DNA of 29,726 bases from a virus (lineage: Duplodnaviria > Heunggongvirae > Uroviricota > Caudoviricetes). The stretch covers positions 78,679 through 108,404 of the IMG/VR virus record IMGVR_UViG_3300020059_000001; one strand, 5' to 3'. Under the pieces are notes generated by a model. It searched no databases and was not told the origin of the DNA. It worked only from the letters and a program-made list of their open reading frames with translations. Made by a program: the position numbers and the translations under genes. Within the stretch, counting starts at the first letter, position 1. Each line of letters opens with the position of its first letter. Below, in pieces: positions 1-8,844 of the stretch.

Positions 1-372
1 GCCCCGCGGCGTAACGGCGGCAGCCGTGTCGTAGAGGAGGCAGCCGAAGGTGCCGGCGACGGTGGTGTTGGCTGGTGACGCGGTGTCGTTCGCGTCGAAC
101 ACGACCCGCAGCGAGTTAGCGACGGAGATGGTTTGGCCCGCCAGGGCCACACCGCCGGCTGACCAGTTGGTGCCAGTAATTTCGTTACCGGCCCACGTCG
201 AGCCAGCGCCAGCGTAAGACTGGAGTGCATCTGTAGCCGCATCGGCATCTGGAACGACGGTGTTGTTGTACAACGCCACTTTGCAGGCGTCCACATCGAA
301 GTCCCATGCCTGGGTATTGCTGAACAACTCCGACAACGTACGCCGAAACATCTTACTAACGCTCCAGGACAT
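1..372 (-). CDS. Probable virion structural protein (5' part only; runs off the window)
   Basis: Manual translation gives MSWSVSKMFRRTLSELFSNTQAWDFDVDACKVALYNN...EITGTNWSAGGVAL..., open to position 1. Not in the ORF track. Lies downstream of the head-tail genes. Confidence 0.65.
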   Translation of the reverse strand, partial: MSWSVSKMFRRTLSELFSNTQAWDFDVDACKVALYNNTVVPDADAATDALQSYAGAGSTWAGNEITGTNWSAGGVALAGQTISVANSLRVVFDANDTASPANTTVAGTFGCLLYDTAAAVTPRG

Positions 373-387
373 TTACTCACCACCCTT

Positions 388-870
388 CTAGTTGGCTGTT
401 ACACAAATTGCGTAGGCCGTAACACCATCCGTGAAATCATTGTCATTCGTAACGACAACGTCCCACTCCCAAGTGGTGCCATTTGCGAACGGCCAACTAA
501 CCCACACTTTGGTATTTAGTCCAGCAGGTGGAGAACTCAGATGGTAACCGCCACCGGTCACAACCTTCCCGGCCGGACAAAACGCTGAGGCCTGACCATT
601 TTCGTGAGCCGGCACATTGACCGCCACTGTCACTACTTCATGTCCGGACACACCAGCCGGACCCTGTGGTCCAGTCTGGTTCCAGTTCAGTGCGGTCCAG
701 CCACTCGGACATGTGGCCGCCGAGTCGATTGCCCGTAGGGTGCCGTCGGTATTCTTTCGACAGGCGTGGATTACACCATCTGGGCCAGGAATCGACGCAT
801 AGGCAACGCCGGTAACGGCAAGGATGCCGATCGTAGCGGCGCCGATGATCGCCATCGTCTTTTTGCGCAT
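388..870 (-). CDS. Secreted Cys-rich protein with signal peptide and short Gly-X-Y (GPQGPAG) motif
   Basis: Start re-called at MRKKTMAIIGAATIGILAVTGVAYA, an ATGA overlap with the upstream stop. Contains IHAC..LRAID..C..LNWNQTGPQGPAG and CPAGKVVTGGGY..AYAIC. Confidence 0.7.
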   Translation of the reverse strand: MRKKTMAIIGAATIGILAVTGVAYASIPGPDGVIHACRKNTDGTLRAIDSAATCPSGWTALNWNQTGPQGPAGVSGHEVVTVAVNVPAHENGQASAFCPAGKVVTGGGYHLSSPPAGLNTKVWVSWPFANGTTWEWDVVVTNDNDFTDGVTAYAICVTAN

Positions 871-1187
871 CAGCCGGCTCCTGTTCCGATTCCTGCGGCG
901 GGTGCGAGCACTGCGCAGTCCTGCCCGTCGTCTCTGGTGGTGATGACCGACATCATGGGTCGGCCATCGTTGTTGGTTTGGACTTGCTCGTCGCCGACGT
1001 AGTCTTCGCGTTCTTTGGCTTCGACTTTGGCTTTGGTACCGGCCGGGACCATCGGTGCGGTCAGTCCCTTCAGGCCGCGGCAAGGGTGCATTCGGCTGTG
1101 GGGTTCGGCTTCATGGGTGACGTCTTCGAAGTCGCAGTTGGGGCATTCCCAGCGGCGTTCCGGGAAGGTCAGGATCGGCACTGCCAC
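870..1187 (-). CDS. Phage hypothetical protein with Zn-ribbon-like CPNC...HPC motif
   Basis: ORF track; coupled to its neighbour; WECPNC and HPC motifs. Confidence 0.7.
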   Translation of the reverse strand: MAVPILTFPERRWECPNCDFEDVTHEAEPHSRMHPCRGLKGLTAPMVPAGTKAKVEAKEREDYVGDEQVQTNNDGRPMMSVITTRDDGQDCAVLAPAAGIGTGAG

Positions 1188-1198
1188 GGTCGGCCTCC

Positions 1199-1771
1199 TT
1201 AGGCGTAGTAGCCGGAGCCGACGTAGCTGGCGGCGATCTTTTGGGCGTAGCTGGTGAGTTGGACACCGCCGATGTGGGCCGCGTACGACACTTTGTAGTC
1301 GTCGATTGCTTCGGCGATGACTGCGCCGGTGGGTTGGTGGTATGCCTGCGCCGCGGTTTCCAGCACTGATGCCTTGACGTCATCGGGTGGTGTGGCGTAG
1401 CCGTAGGTCAGGTCGACTTCGACGTTTTGGGGTGGGAAGCCGATCCAGTCCTGGAGGTTGAGCCAGTATCCGAATCCGTTGTTTCGGTAGAGTTTGGCGT
1501 ACCAGATCCGTGATGTGACGACGGTGTAGTCGGTGACTGTGACGTTGTTGATGCGTACCGCGTTGATGCTGATGATTGGTTTGAATGGTGGGATGAGTAC
1601 TCGGCTGCCGTTGCCGACTTCGGAATGCGTCACCGTTGTTGGTGTGAATGTGGTGTCGGCTTCGTTGTCGAATTCGGCGCTGGCCAGCTGTAGTAGCAGG
1701 GTGGCGGTTGATGTGTCGACGTCTTGTTGTAGGTAGGAGGCCAGTTCGGCGGCGGTTGCGTACTGAACCAT
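1199..1771 (-). CDS. Head-to-tail adaptor/connector-like protein
   Basis: N-terminal YATAAELASYL, C-terminal VEVDLTYGY...PDDVKASVLE...EAIDDYKVSY pattern, position downstream of the capsid gene, and a GGGAGG RBS. Confidence 0.75.
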   Translation of the reverse strand: MVQYATAAELASYLQQDVDTSTATLLLQLASAEFDNEADTTFTPTTVTHSEVGNGSRVLIPPFKPIISINAVRINNVTVTDYTVVTSRIWYAKLYRNNGFGYWLNLQDWIGFPPQNVEVDLTYGYATPPDDVKASVLETAAQAYHQPTGAVIAEAIDDYKVSYAAHIGGVQLTSYAQKIAASYVGSGYYA

Positions 1772-1787
1772 GTTGGTGCCCTCCCGG

Positions 1788-2010
1788 CCCGAGCTATAGT
1801 GGCGAGCAATTCGTCGGAAGGCGAAGGGCAGCGGTGCGGTAGGGCTGGGCGGGGCATGGCAGGGCTACGCGTGGCGCGGCAGCAGCGGTAAGGCGTGGCT
1901 GGGTTAGGCATGGCCGGGCATGGCTAGGCAGCAGAGGCATGGCGAGACGTGGCGAGGCTAGGCGAGGGCCGGCCTGGCGTGGCAGGCGAACCGGATCCTG
2001 GGGAGGACCG
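1788..2010 (+). repeat. GGY-NN pentamer array 1 (3 units) with leader; putative guide ncRNA
   Basis: TATAGT at 1795-1800; hairpin tcgtc-GGAA-ggcga at 1811-1824; GGCAGC followed by 9 pentamers; linkers at 1878 and 1927. Intergenic. Confidence 0.9.
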
Positions 2011-2012
2011 TC

Positions 2013-2873
2013 CTAGCTGTTGACCTTCAACGCCCGTTCGACGCCTTCCTCGATCGTGATCTTCGGTGTGTAGATTTCGGTCATCCGAGTAGGGTCACCG
2101 ACCCGGTAGTACACGCCAGTGGGCATGTCCGGCTCGTATTCCACTCGGACGTCAGGCCGGCCGGCGGCCAGCCGCATCAGGTCCCCGAACTCGACACCGT
2201 GACCGGTACACAAGTTGACCGGGCGACGTTCGTCAGCGTCGACAACTGCTAACGCGCCGGCCACAACATCGTCGATATGAATGAAGTCGCGGACCTGACC
2301 CGGCGGTCCCCACACGCTGAAATCGCCCCTACGGGCCCGTTCGATGATGCTAGGGAACGGATAATCCAGCGGCTGGTCTTCGGCGTAACCGGAAAACGGG
2401 CGTACTACGTGTACAGCTAAACCGGTTTCGGTGGCGGCGCGGGCGAGCTGCTCGCCGCATAGTTTGGCCCAGCCGTAGCGGGAATCGGGTTGGGCCACAT
2501 CGTCGAGATCGATGTCTTCTTCAGTAAGTCTGGTTTCGAACTCGCCGGTCTGTAACGCCGCCGGGTAGGCGGCGCTGGAGCTGAAGTACAACACCCGCAG
2601 CTGGGTTTGGATGGCCCATTCGAACATTGCCGCGTCGAGGTGGGCATTCCTGGTCAGTAACCGGAATTTGCTGTCGATCGAGGCCCGGCCACCGATGTGG
2701 TAGGCGAGGTGGATTACCAGGTCGTAGACGGGACACCCGCCGTGGAACAGGTCGTGGGCGTTGCGGTCGGCGACCAGGTCCCACGGGTCAACATCCCAGC
2801 CGCGGTCCACCAGCTCCTGGGCCATGTGACGACCCACGAAACCCGCAGCACCGGTTATTAGACATCGCCTCAT
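2013..2873 (-). CDS. NAD-dependent epimerase/dehydratase (extended SDR)
   Basis: TGAAGFVG Rossmann motif, SSSAAY, catalytic YGWAK (YxxxK), RDFIHIDD. Confidence 0.93.
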   Translation of the reverse strand: MRRCLITGAAGFVGRHMAQELVDRGWDVDPWDLVADRNAHDLFHGGCPVYDLVIHLAYHIGGRASIDSKFRLLTRNAHLDAAMFEWAIQTQLRVLYFSSSAAYPAALQTGEFETRLTEEDIDLDDVAQPDSRYGWAKLCGEQLARAATETGLAVHVVRPFSGYAEDQPLDYPFPSIIERARRGDFSVWGPPGQVRDFIHIDDVVAGALAVVDADERRPVNLCTGHGVEFGDLMRLAAGRPDVRVEYEPDMPTGVYYRVGDPTRMTEIYTPKITIEEGVERALKVNS

Positions 2874-3475
2874 ATGCGCATCCCCATGATGACTTGGAAC
2901 CGGCCGACCATTTCGTGGCGCAGGATTCGGTAGCTACCCAGGCCGATCAGGTCTCGGTAGCCTTGGACGTCCCAGGCCCAGGCGTGGCATTCGTCGTATC
3001 CCCAAGGGCCTTCGTCCCAGGGGGACGAGGCGACGATGAACCGGGATTTGGAACCGATCCATTTGACGGCGGCGGCTGGGTCGGTGAGATGTTCGAGAAC
3101 CTCGGTGACCGCGGTGACGATGCCGAACCGGATGTGGTCGGCATCGTCACCGAACACATCCAAGGCTTCGGCGTTGACGTCACGTTCCGACCAGCCCACC
3201 GCGTTGTTCGGGGTGAAGTCGTATCCCCAGGCGTCGTTCACGTAGCTGCGGATAAGTGACAGCAGGCCACCGTCGCCGCAGCCCAGGTCCGACACCGACG
3301 TGTAGCCGCGTTCTATCGTGGCGGCAGCCCGGATGAAGTCGGCGGCCCGTTGCAGCCGTTCCCGCTGGCCAGGTTCTTCGAGATGCCGGGCCCGTTCCCG
3401 GTCCTTGTGAAACTCGTAGGTACTGACCTTAGCTACGTCGCCGTCGAACAGTTTCCAGGCGGTCACCGGGCGCAC
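2870..3475 (-). CDS. Class I SAM-dependent methyltransferase
   Basis: Motif I VSDLGCGDGG; EVLEHL. Confidence 0.85.
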   Translation of the reverse strand: MRPVTAWKLFDGDVAKVSTYEFHKDRERARHLEEPGQRERLQRAADFIRAAATIERGYTSVSDLGCGDGGLLSLIRSYVNDAWGYDFTPNNAVGWSERDVNAEALDVFGDDADHIRFGIVTAVTEVLEHLTDPAAAVKWIGSKSRFIVASSPWDEGPWGYDECHAWAWDVQGYRDLIGLGSYRILRHEMVGRFQVIMGMRI

Positions 3476-4029
3476 CAGATTTGGTACGCGTAGGTGAATC
3501 CGGCTGGCCGCAGATCGAGTTCCGTAAAGATCAACGGTATGAAGCCGGCGGTAACCAACATCTGTTCAACGGCCTCGGAGTCGAATCCCCAAACGTGTTC
3601 TGGGTTGTTGTCGTCGTCTTCACCGTCCGGTGTGGACAGGATCAGATTAGCCGTCTTGCTCCGGATCGCTTTCAACACCGCGTCGGGGTCATCGACGTGT
3701 TCAATGGTTTCGCTACAGATGAAAAGGTTGATCGGGTCGGTCAGTTGGTGGATGGTTTCTTCGATCGGCCCGGTGTACTCGTAGCCTGGTGCGATGTCGC
3801 CGAGGATCGTCTTCACGCCGCAACTCGCGGCGAGGCGGCGGGCGATCGTCGCGTCCCCGCAGGACAGGTCGGCAACGGTGCTTCCTGGTTGGATCATGTG
3901 TTGGGCTAGGGCGGTGGTGACGTCGACCCGGACCCGGTGGTCGGCCCAGGCGCTGTGCTGGTGCGGTTTGGCGTAGAGCGCGGCTAGCTCTGTCTGGCTG
4001 GGTGTCGGCCGTAGCCGGCGGCGCATCAT
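3463..4029 (-). CDS. Class I SAM-dependent methyltransferase
   Basis: VADLSCGDA and CSETIEHVDDP motifs. Start re-called at 4029 (ATGA overlap with the upstream stop). Confidence 0.8.
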   Translation of the reverse strand: MMRRRLRPTPSQTELAALYAKPHQHSAWADHRVRVDVTTALAQHMIQPGSTVADLSCGDATIARRLAASCGVKTILGDIAPGYEYTGPIEETIHQLTDPINLFICSETIEHVDDPDAVLKAIRSKTANLILSTPDGEDDDNNPEHVWGFDSEAVEQMLVTAGFIPLIFTELDLRPAGFTYAYQIWCAR

Positions 4030-4730
4030 CGGTCTACTCGTTTGCGCAGCGCCTGTACCGCCCGTACATCCGTCCACATTCGTGTGTGCAGATAGGTTTG
4101 GTAGGCGCGGGCGTCGGCGCTGTACACATCGGCGTTGTTGACCCGACGGTAGCCTGGGTCCCAATCCGCTTTACCGGCAACTGGATGCACATGTTCGACG
4201 ATGACGTCGGGCAGGTAGGTAAGGCAGCCGGCGTGCTTACCGAGGTCCCGCCAAAAGTTGTCGACAAACAAGTGAGTCAGCCGCGGCGGTGACATGTAGC
4301 CCAACGCCCGAACGATATCGGTGGTCATCGCGACCTGCGTCGGTAGGTTCTCGCCCTGCAACAGGTCGTTACCGTAGACGATGCCGGTACCGAGCCCGTG
4401 CAGCTCGTCGAGGTACTGCCTGTCCCAGCCCTCAGTGCGGGGCCGGTGGTCATCGCCGAGGAACCCGATCGCGAACCCGCCCTGCTCGACAACGTAGGCA
4501 GCGGCCAGGTTCAACGCCGACACCATCGTGCCCCGTTCCTGCTCGATGATCGACGTAACCCTGTTGATGCCGACCATCGACTCGTAGTAGACGGACCGAC
4601 GCTCATCGTCAGCGTCCAGCGCCAACACGATCTGGGTATCGGCAGCACAGGTCGCGTTGAATGCTTCGGCCAGTTCAGCGACCGCAGCAGGCCGGCCACG
4701 GGACGGCACGATCACCACAAGATCAGTCAT
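4026..4730 (-). CDS. GT-A fold (family 2-like) glycosyltransferase
   Basis: Start re-called at MTDLVVIVPSRGRP; DxD-like LGDDH; HLFVDN; VEHVHP. Confidence 0.85.
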   Translation of the reverse strand: MTDLVVIVPSRGRPAAVAELAEAFNATCAADTQIVLALDADDERRSVYYESMVGINRVTSIIEQERGTMVSALNLAAAYVVEQGGFAIGFLGDDHRPRTEGWDRQYLDELHGLGTGIVYGNDLLQGENLPTQVAMTTDIVRALGYMSPPRLTHLFVDNFWRDLGKHAGCLTYLPDVIVEHVHPVAGKADWDPGYRRVNNADVYSADARAYQTYLHTRMWTDVRAVQALRKRVDR

Positions 4731-5592
4731 CGGCGTCTGTCTTTGATTCGGGTGGCACGTCGTAGGGCGGTGGATTGACGGCGCGTTCCCGCCAGTAGTC
4801 CTCCTCACCCAACCAGATTTCCTTGTGGTGGGTAGTTTGCACGCCGGTGTGGACGTACAGCGGGATGTCCAACGCTCCAGCGCGCATACAGAAGGAAAGG
4901 TCTTCGGATACGACCTGACCGGTCGTAGTGTTCGGCACCCGGTTGTACCAGATCGGCCCGAACTTCTCCTCGATCTGTTCGAACACCGACCGGTGGATGA
5001 GGATGCAAGCACTACCGGTACCGGCGCAACGGGTTATCTGGTTGATTGGATAGTCCCAACGGACCGAGAAACCCATCTGCTCGCCGGTCATTGTCCGCTG
5101 ATGTTCGCCGTGGACAATCGTCTCATCCGAGACGCCGATCTTGGCCCAGTCGAAGACCGTCGGAACTGCGGTACACCGCCAGCCGCCATGCTCATCGGCG
5201 GTCATCTCCCGCTGGCTAAAACAGAGCCCACCGACGATAGGACGTTCAACCGGGTCGGCAGCATCCATCAACCGGTCAAGGGTATCGGCAGCAAAACCCA
5301 TATCGGTATCCAACCAAAACAGCCAGTCGGCCTGATCCTCTTTCAAGAACGTAACAACAGACTTGTTACGTGCATCGATCAACCCGGCCGTACCATACTT
5401 GAGCGCAATGTAACCGCCGCGCATAACCCTAGCTTCATGGGTTATGTCCCAACCGATCATCTCAACCATCGAATGGTGCCACGAATACGACACATTCGTA
5501 TCGTGAACGTACGCTAAGACAACTGCACCATCACGTTCGTTGTCAGTGGCAGCTACCACCGGCACCGGCTCTGTTACTTCTTCCGTAAGCAA
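4723..5592 (-). CDS. GT-A fold (family 2-like) glycosyltransferase
   Basis: RN..V..FL, WLDTDMGF (DxD), GTGSACILIHR, SEDLSFC. TTG start after a GGAGG RBS is inferred. Confidence 0.82.
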   Translation of the reverse strand: MLTEEVTEPVPVVAATDNERDGAVVLAYVHDTNVSYSWHHSMVEMIGWDITHEARVMRGGYIALKYGTAGLIDARNKSVVTFLKEDQADWLFWLDTDMGFAADTLDRLMDAADPVERPIVGGLCFSQREMTADEHGGWRCTAVPTVFDWAKIGVSDETIVHGEHQRTMTGEQMGFSVRWDYPINQITRCAGTGSACILIHRSVFEQIEEKFGPIWYNRVPNTTTGQVVSEDLSFCMRAGALDIPLYVHTGVQTTHHKEIWLGEEDYWRERAVNPPPYDVPPESKTDADD

Positions 5593-5631
5593 AATTCTAT
5601 TCCTCCACAAGGGTGGCATTAGGATGGCTGG

Positions 5632-5672
5632 TCCTGCGGTCGGCCGGCCATCCCAAGCAGCCGACCGCAGGA
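5632..5672. terminator. Inverted repeat, probable terminator or RNA hairpin
   Basis: 13-bp arms tcctgcggtcggc / gccgaccgcagga, intergenic. Confidence 0.55.
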
Positions 5673-5682
5673 GACATAGAGT

Positions 5683-5964
5683 TTAGAAATCGCCGTTACG
5701 TGAGCGTCGGGTAGTACGCCGCTCACCCGGATTCGCGGTAGCCTGCTCAACCGGAACCTCATCATCAGGAATGTGTTCGCCAGGCGCATACGCCATCTCC
5801 CGTGGCGGCATGTTCGGCGAAAACGTCAACCCGAAACGGGGATCCGTAGAAAACAAGTCAGGATGATCACGGACCACCGGATCGTCAGCCGGCCAATGCT
5901 GGCCCTTATGAATAGTGAGACCATTACTGACCTGCGCGGTAGTCGTCGCATACACAATGTCCAC
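5683..5964 (-). CDS. Small conserved head-module protein of actinophages
   Basis: ADDPVVRDHPDLF and PVEQATANPGERR motifs; GGAG RBS; position downstream of the capsid gene. Confidence 0.75.
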   Translation of the reverse strand: MDIVYATTTAQVSNGLTIHKGQHWPADDPVVRDHPDLFSTDPRFGLTFSPNMPPREMAYAPGEHIPDDEVPVEQATANPGERRTTRRSRNGDF

Positions 5965-5995
5965 AAATAACTCCTGGAATGGCTAAGGTGAAGAC

Positions 5996-6045
5996 ACACG
6001 TAACCCCCAGGGCGGGGTTGGAGCTGCCCCCTGGGGGTTACGTGT
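5996..6045. terminator. Long inverted repeat, probable terminator
   Basis: 17-bp perfect arms acacgtaacccccaggg / ccctgggggttacgtgt. Confidence 0.65.
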
Positions 6046-6058
6046 CTAACAAAGGGAC

Positions 6059-6484
6059 TTACTTTGCGGTGTAGCCATACGTAGCAAGCAGCGCATCGAT
6101 CTCCGCGACCTGCGCACGAGCCACATCCCGCTGAAGCTTCCGGACCTCCTCAGCCTCAGGATCCAGCTCCAAATCGGCACTCGAAACAATGCCCTGCCGC
6201 TCAGCAAGCAACCTATGCACCGTCGGATCGCTGGACTCAGCCGCCGGACGTAGCTCCCCAGACCAGGTACCGACCGGGGTACGTTCCGCGCGGCGCTGAA
6301 CCTCGACCAACTTCGCCTCAGCCTCAGCACGCTGCTTACCGGCCTTCACCTCAGCGTCAGACCGCTCACCGGCCTTCTTCGCCACATCCCCGCCAGGACC
6401 CCTCTTATCGTCAACCCTATCGGCCGACACATCACGAGTAGTAACCGGAGGCCTATCAGTCTCCGGACCAGTCTTCAACGTCAT
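6059..6484 (-). CDS. Phage hypothetical protein (head module)
   Basis: ORF track; AAGGAG RBS. Confidence 0.7.
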   Translation of the reverse strand: MTLKTGPETDRPPVTTRDVSADRVDDKRGPGGDVAKKAGERSDAEVKAGKQRAEAEAKLVEVQRRAERTPVGTWSGELRPAAESSDPTVHRLLAERQGIVSSADLELDPEAEEVRKLQRDVARAQVAEIDALLATYGYTAK

Positions 6485-7199
6485 CTGATTTCTCCTTGTT
6501 CAAAACTTCCCGCACAAGATCCGGATAGTGGTGAACCACTAACATCACGGCAAGGTCCGGATAATGTTCAACGAACCAAGCCCCGAGATCCTCCGGTCGG
6601 CGCCCACATGGCTGAGGCTTCGTCCACAACTCAAGGTTCTCAGGACGGTTATCCAGCCCCATCCCGTTTTTGTGGTGAACATTCTCGAAGGGCTCCAATG
6701 GGCGACCAAGAACCTGTTCCATCACCTGACGATGTTCGGAGACACTCCGTCGCTTACCGGCTTCGTACCAGGCAAAGCGACGATAGCCATTATCGATTGA
6801 AACCGTGCCTTCGCCATTAGCTCGCTTCACTGTTCCGACCGCACCCGGACTACCAAACTGCTGCATCCGGTTGTAATGCAATGCACACATGCCCTTGGCG
6901 AAATACCTCCGAGCACAACCACCGACTGAGCAAGGCGCTACACCAAACCGTCCACCACGTACGACACCGGCCGGTCCGACGTCACCAGTACGGCGTAGTC
7001 GCTGGTAATGCATCGAACAATGAAGCTTGTCCAACGCCGACCGGGAACAACCAACAACCGCACAAGGGCGACGGACGTTACGAACCCGCTGCGCCGCCGC
7101 ATGGGTCCGATCCTTGCAAGACCGGGAACAATATGCCTGATTACTACGTCGGGGCTCAAACTCGGTCGAACAACCACGACAGGCCTTAGACTCAACCAT
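6456..7199 (-). CDS. Free-standing HNH homing endonuclease with N-terminal Cys/His zinc-binding repeats
   Basis: EHRQVME..LGRPL...VHHKNG...[10 protein letters not shown]; two CxxxGC...CxxHY repeats. Start re-called at [10 protein letters not shown]. Its 3' end overlaps the start of the next gene. Confidence 0.88.
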   Translation of the reverse strand: MVESKACRGCSTEFEPRRSNQAYCSRSCKDRTHAAAQRVRNVRRPCAVVGCSRSALDKLHCSMHYQRLRRTGDVGPAGVVRGGRFGVAPCSVGGCARRYFAKGMCALHYNRMQQFGSPGAVGTVKRANGEGTVSIDNGYRRFAWYEAGKRRSVSEHRQVMEQVLGRPLEPFENVHHKNGMGLDNRPENLELWTKPQPCGRRPEDLGAWFVEHYPDLAVMLVVHHYPDLVREVLNKEKSDDVEDWSGD

Positions 7200-7359
7200 T
7201 GCTGAGGGCCACCTCTTGGGTAGGTGTTCTTCGGCCGGCGCCGGAGAGTACACGCTCTCCGGCGCCAACCTGTGATTACCCCAGCTTAACGTACTTTCCC
7301 CAGCTCAGGCGTCAATCGGCGACGTAACCAACTCCAGGACCGAGACTAATCGGACATAC

Positions 7360-8844
7360 CTAGGCATTTACGAGCAAACGGAACCCTAGGTCGTTGATCG
7401 AATTCCCACCGATCCTGGCGTACGCGAACCATCCGCGCTGGCCAGTAGGCATGCCGACACCAGTACCCGCTGTCGCCTGGTTGAATAGCTGTGGCACCAG
7501 CTCGACGCTCATTCCGCCACGGCGGGCTATAAGGTAATTCGAGAAATCGCCAACGATGGCAAGTCCGTCAGTACCGGTGGTTACCGCAGTAACGTCGGGC
7601 ATGTACGGCGACTCGTAGACGCCCTTCGCGAACAGCGAGTCTGTCCACTCTTCGGGCAGGTTGATCGTGTAGGCGTGGTAGACGTTCGAGGTGCCGAGCT
7701 GCCGGATCGCGTTGTTCACGCCGACGGACATGAGCCAGGACGCCTTGCGGCGGAACTTCTGCGGCAGCGCCTTCCATACCTTGTATGGGTCGGCGGAGCC
7801 GATGGTCGGTGCGGCGGTAACCACGACGCGAACGTTGGTGTTTGCCGATAGGGCGGTGAGGATGCCGCGGGGTTCGTTGGTGCCGGTGCCGCGGGTGAAC
7901 TTGTCGACGAGTAGTTCGTCGTAGCCCTGTGTTAGCAGGGTTGCCATCTCGTCGGCGAATGCTGGGTAGTCCTGCTGGACTTCGATGGTGAACGGGATGA
8001 AACCGCGGGCCATGTTGACGGTGACCGACGGCTGCGCCAGTACCGGTGACGCGTCGCCGACGGTGGAACCTTCCGTCTGGAACGTCCAGGTGACACCGGC
8101 GGAGGTGACACCCTTCCAGGCGTTGGTGTTGACCGTGACCTGCTTGGCGAGCTGGAGGAACGGATTACCCGACTCCTGCGCGGTCAAGATGATCGACGGG
8201 TCGATGAAGACCGGGATTCCGAAGCCACCGGCGGTGGTGGTGCCTTCGGCCATGATCCGGTATTCCTCCCATGCCTGCACTGCCCGTTGTTCTTCGGGCG
8301 TCAGGATGGGGTGGTTGCGGGTGGTCAGCTTCAGCCACGCCTCGCGGTAGTCGTCGTTTTCGGTGACGAGGATCCGGCGGGCGATGTCGGTGTCACGGCG
8401 GATCTGCCGTTCGACGTGGGTCTTCTGCTCGTCGGACAGGTGCATGGTGGTGGTGCGGTCACCGATGCGGCGTAGTGCCCGGTCCCGGGCTTCGTTGACC
8501 GACAGCCGGCGGACGTCGCCGTAGGGGTCGTCGGGCTGGGCACCGAGACGGCTGTACTCGATGGCCGACGGCCGCTTGCGGAGTACTTCGTTGACGGCGC
8601 GGTGTTCTTCGTACATTTCCAGGGCCCGCTCGTGGACTTCGAGCAGGATCTTCATGGCCTTCTTCTCCGGGTCGGAGAGCTGGCGCAGTTCGGCGGTCAC
8701 CGGGTCCTGGTGCAGATCCTGGATCTGCGCTTTGGTGACATCAATGATTTCGGAAATTTCGTCGGGGGTGCGGCCCCGGAGGTCTTCGAGAGTGAAGGTG
8801 CGCTTCTCGAAACGCTCCTCGGTGCCGGTCCGGTCCTCAGGCAT
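7360..8844 (-). CDS. Major capsid protein (HK97 fold) with N-terminal scaffold-like domain
   Basis: TTTAGGFGIPVFID, DKFTRGTGTNEPRGIL, AIVGDFSNYLI..R and WFAYARIGG; helical N-terminus; follows the protease gene. Confidence 0.93.
   Translation of the reverse strand: MPEDRTGTEERFEKRTFTLEDLRGRTPDEISEIIDVTKAQIQDLHQDPVTAELRQLSDPEKKAMKILLEVHERALEMYEEHRAVNEVLRKRPSAIEYSRLGAQPDDPYGDVRRLSVNEARDRALRRIGDRTTTMHLSDEQKTHVERQIRRDTDIARRILVTENDDYREAWLKLTTRNHPILTPEEQRAVQAWEEYRIMAEGTTTAGGFGIPVFIDPSIILTAQESGNPFLQLAKQVTVNTNAWKGVTSAGVTWTFQTEGSTVGDASPVLAQPSVTVNMARGFIPFTIEVQQDYPAFADEMATLLTQGYDELLVDKFTRGTGTNEPRGILTALSANTNVRVVVTAAPTIGSADPYKVWKALPQKFRRKASWLMSVGVNNAIRQLGTSNVYHAYTINLPEEWTDSLFAKGVYESPYMPDVTAVTTGTDGLAIVGDFSNYLIARRGGMSVELVPQLFNQATAGTGVGMPTGQRGWFAYARIGGNSINDLGFRLLVNA

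Noticed and set aside
388-1083. Long N-terminal extensions in the ORF track (also 3463-4164, 4026-5012, 19698-20423, 23295-23909, 24426-25193, 27302-27748)
   Set aside because: They overlap upstream genes and are Arg/Pro-rich. Internal starts with stop-start coupling or an RBS fit better.
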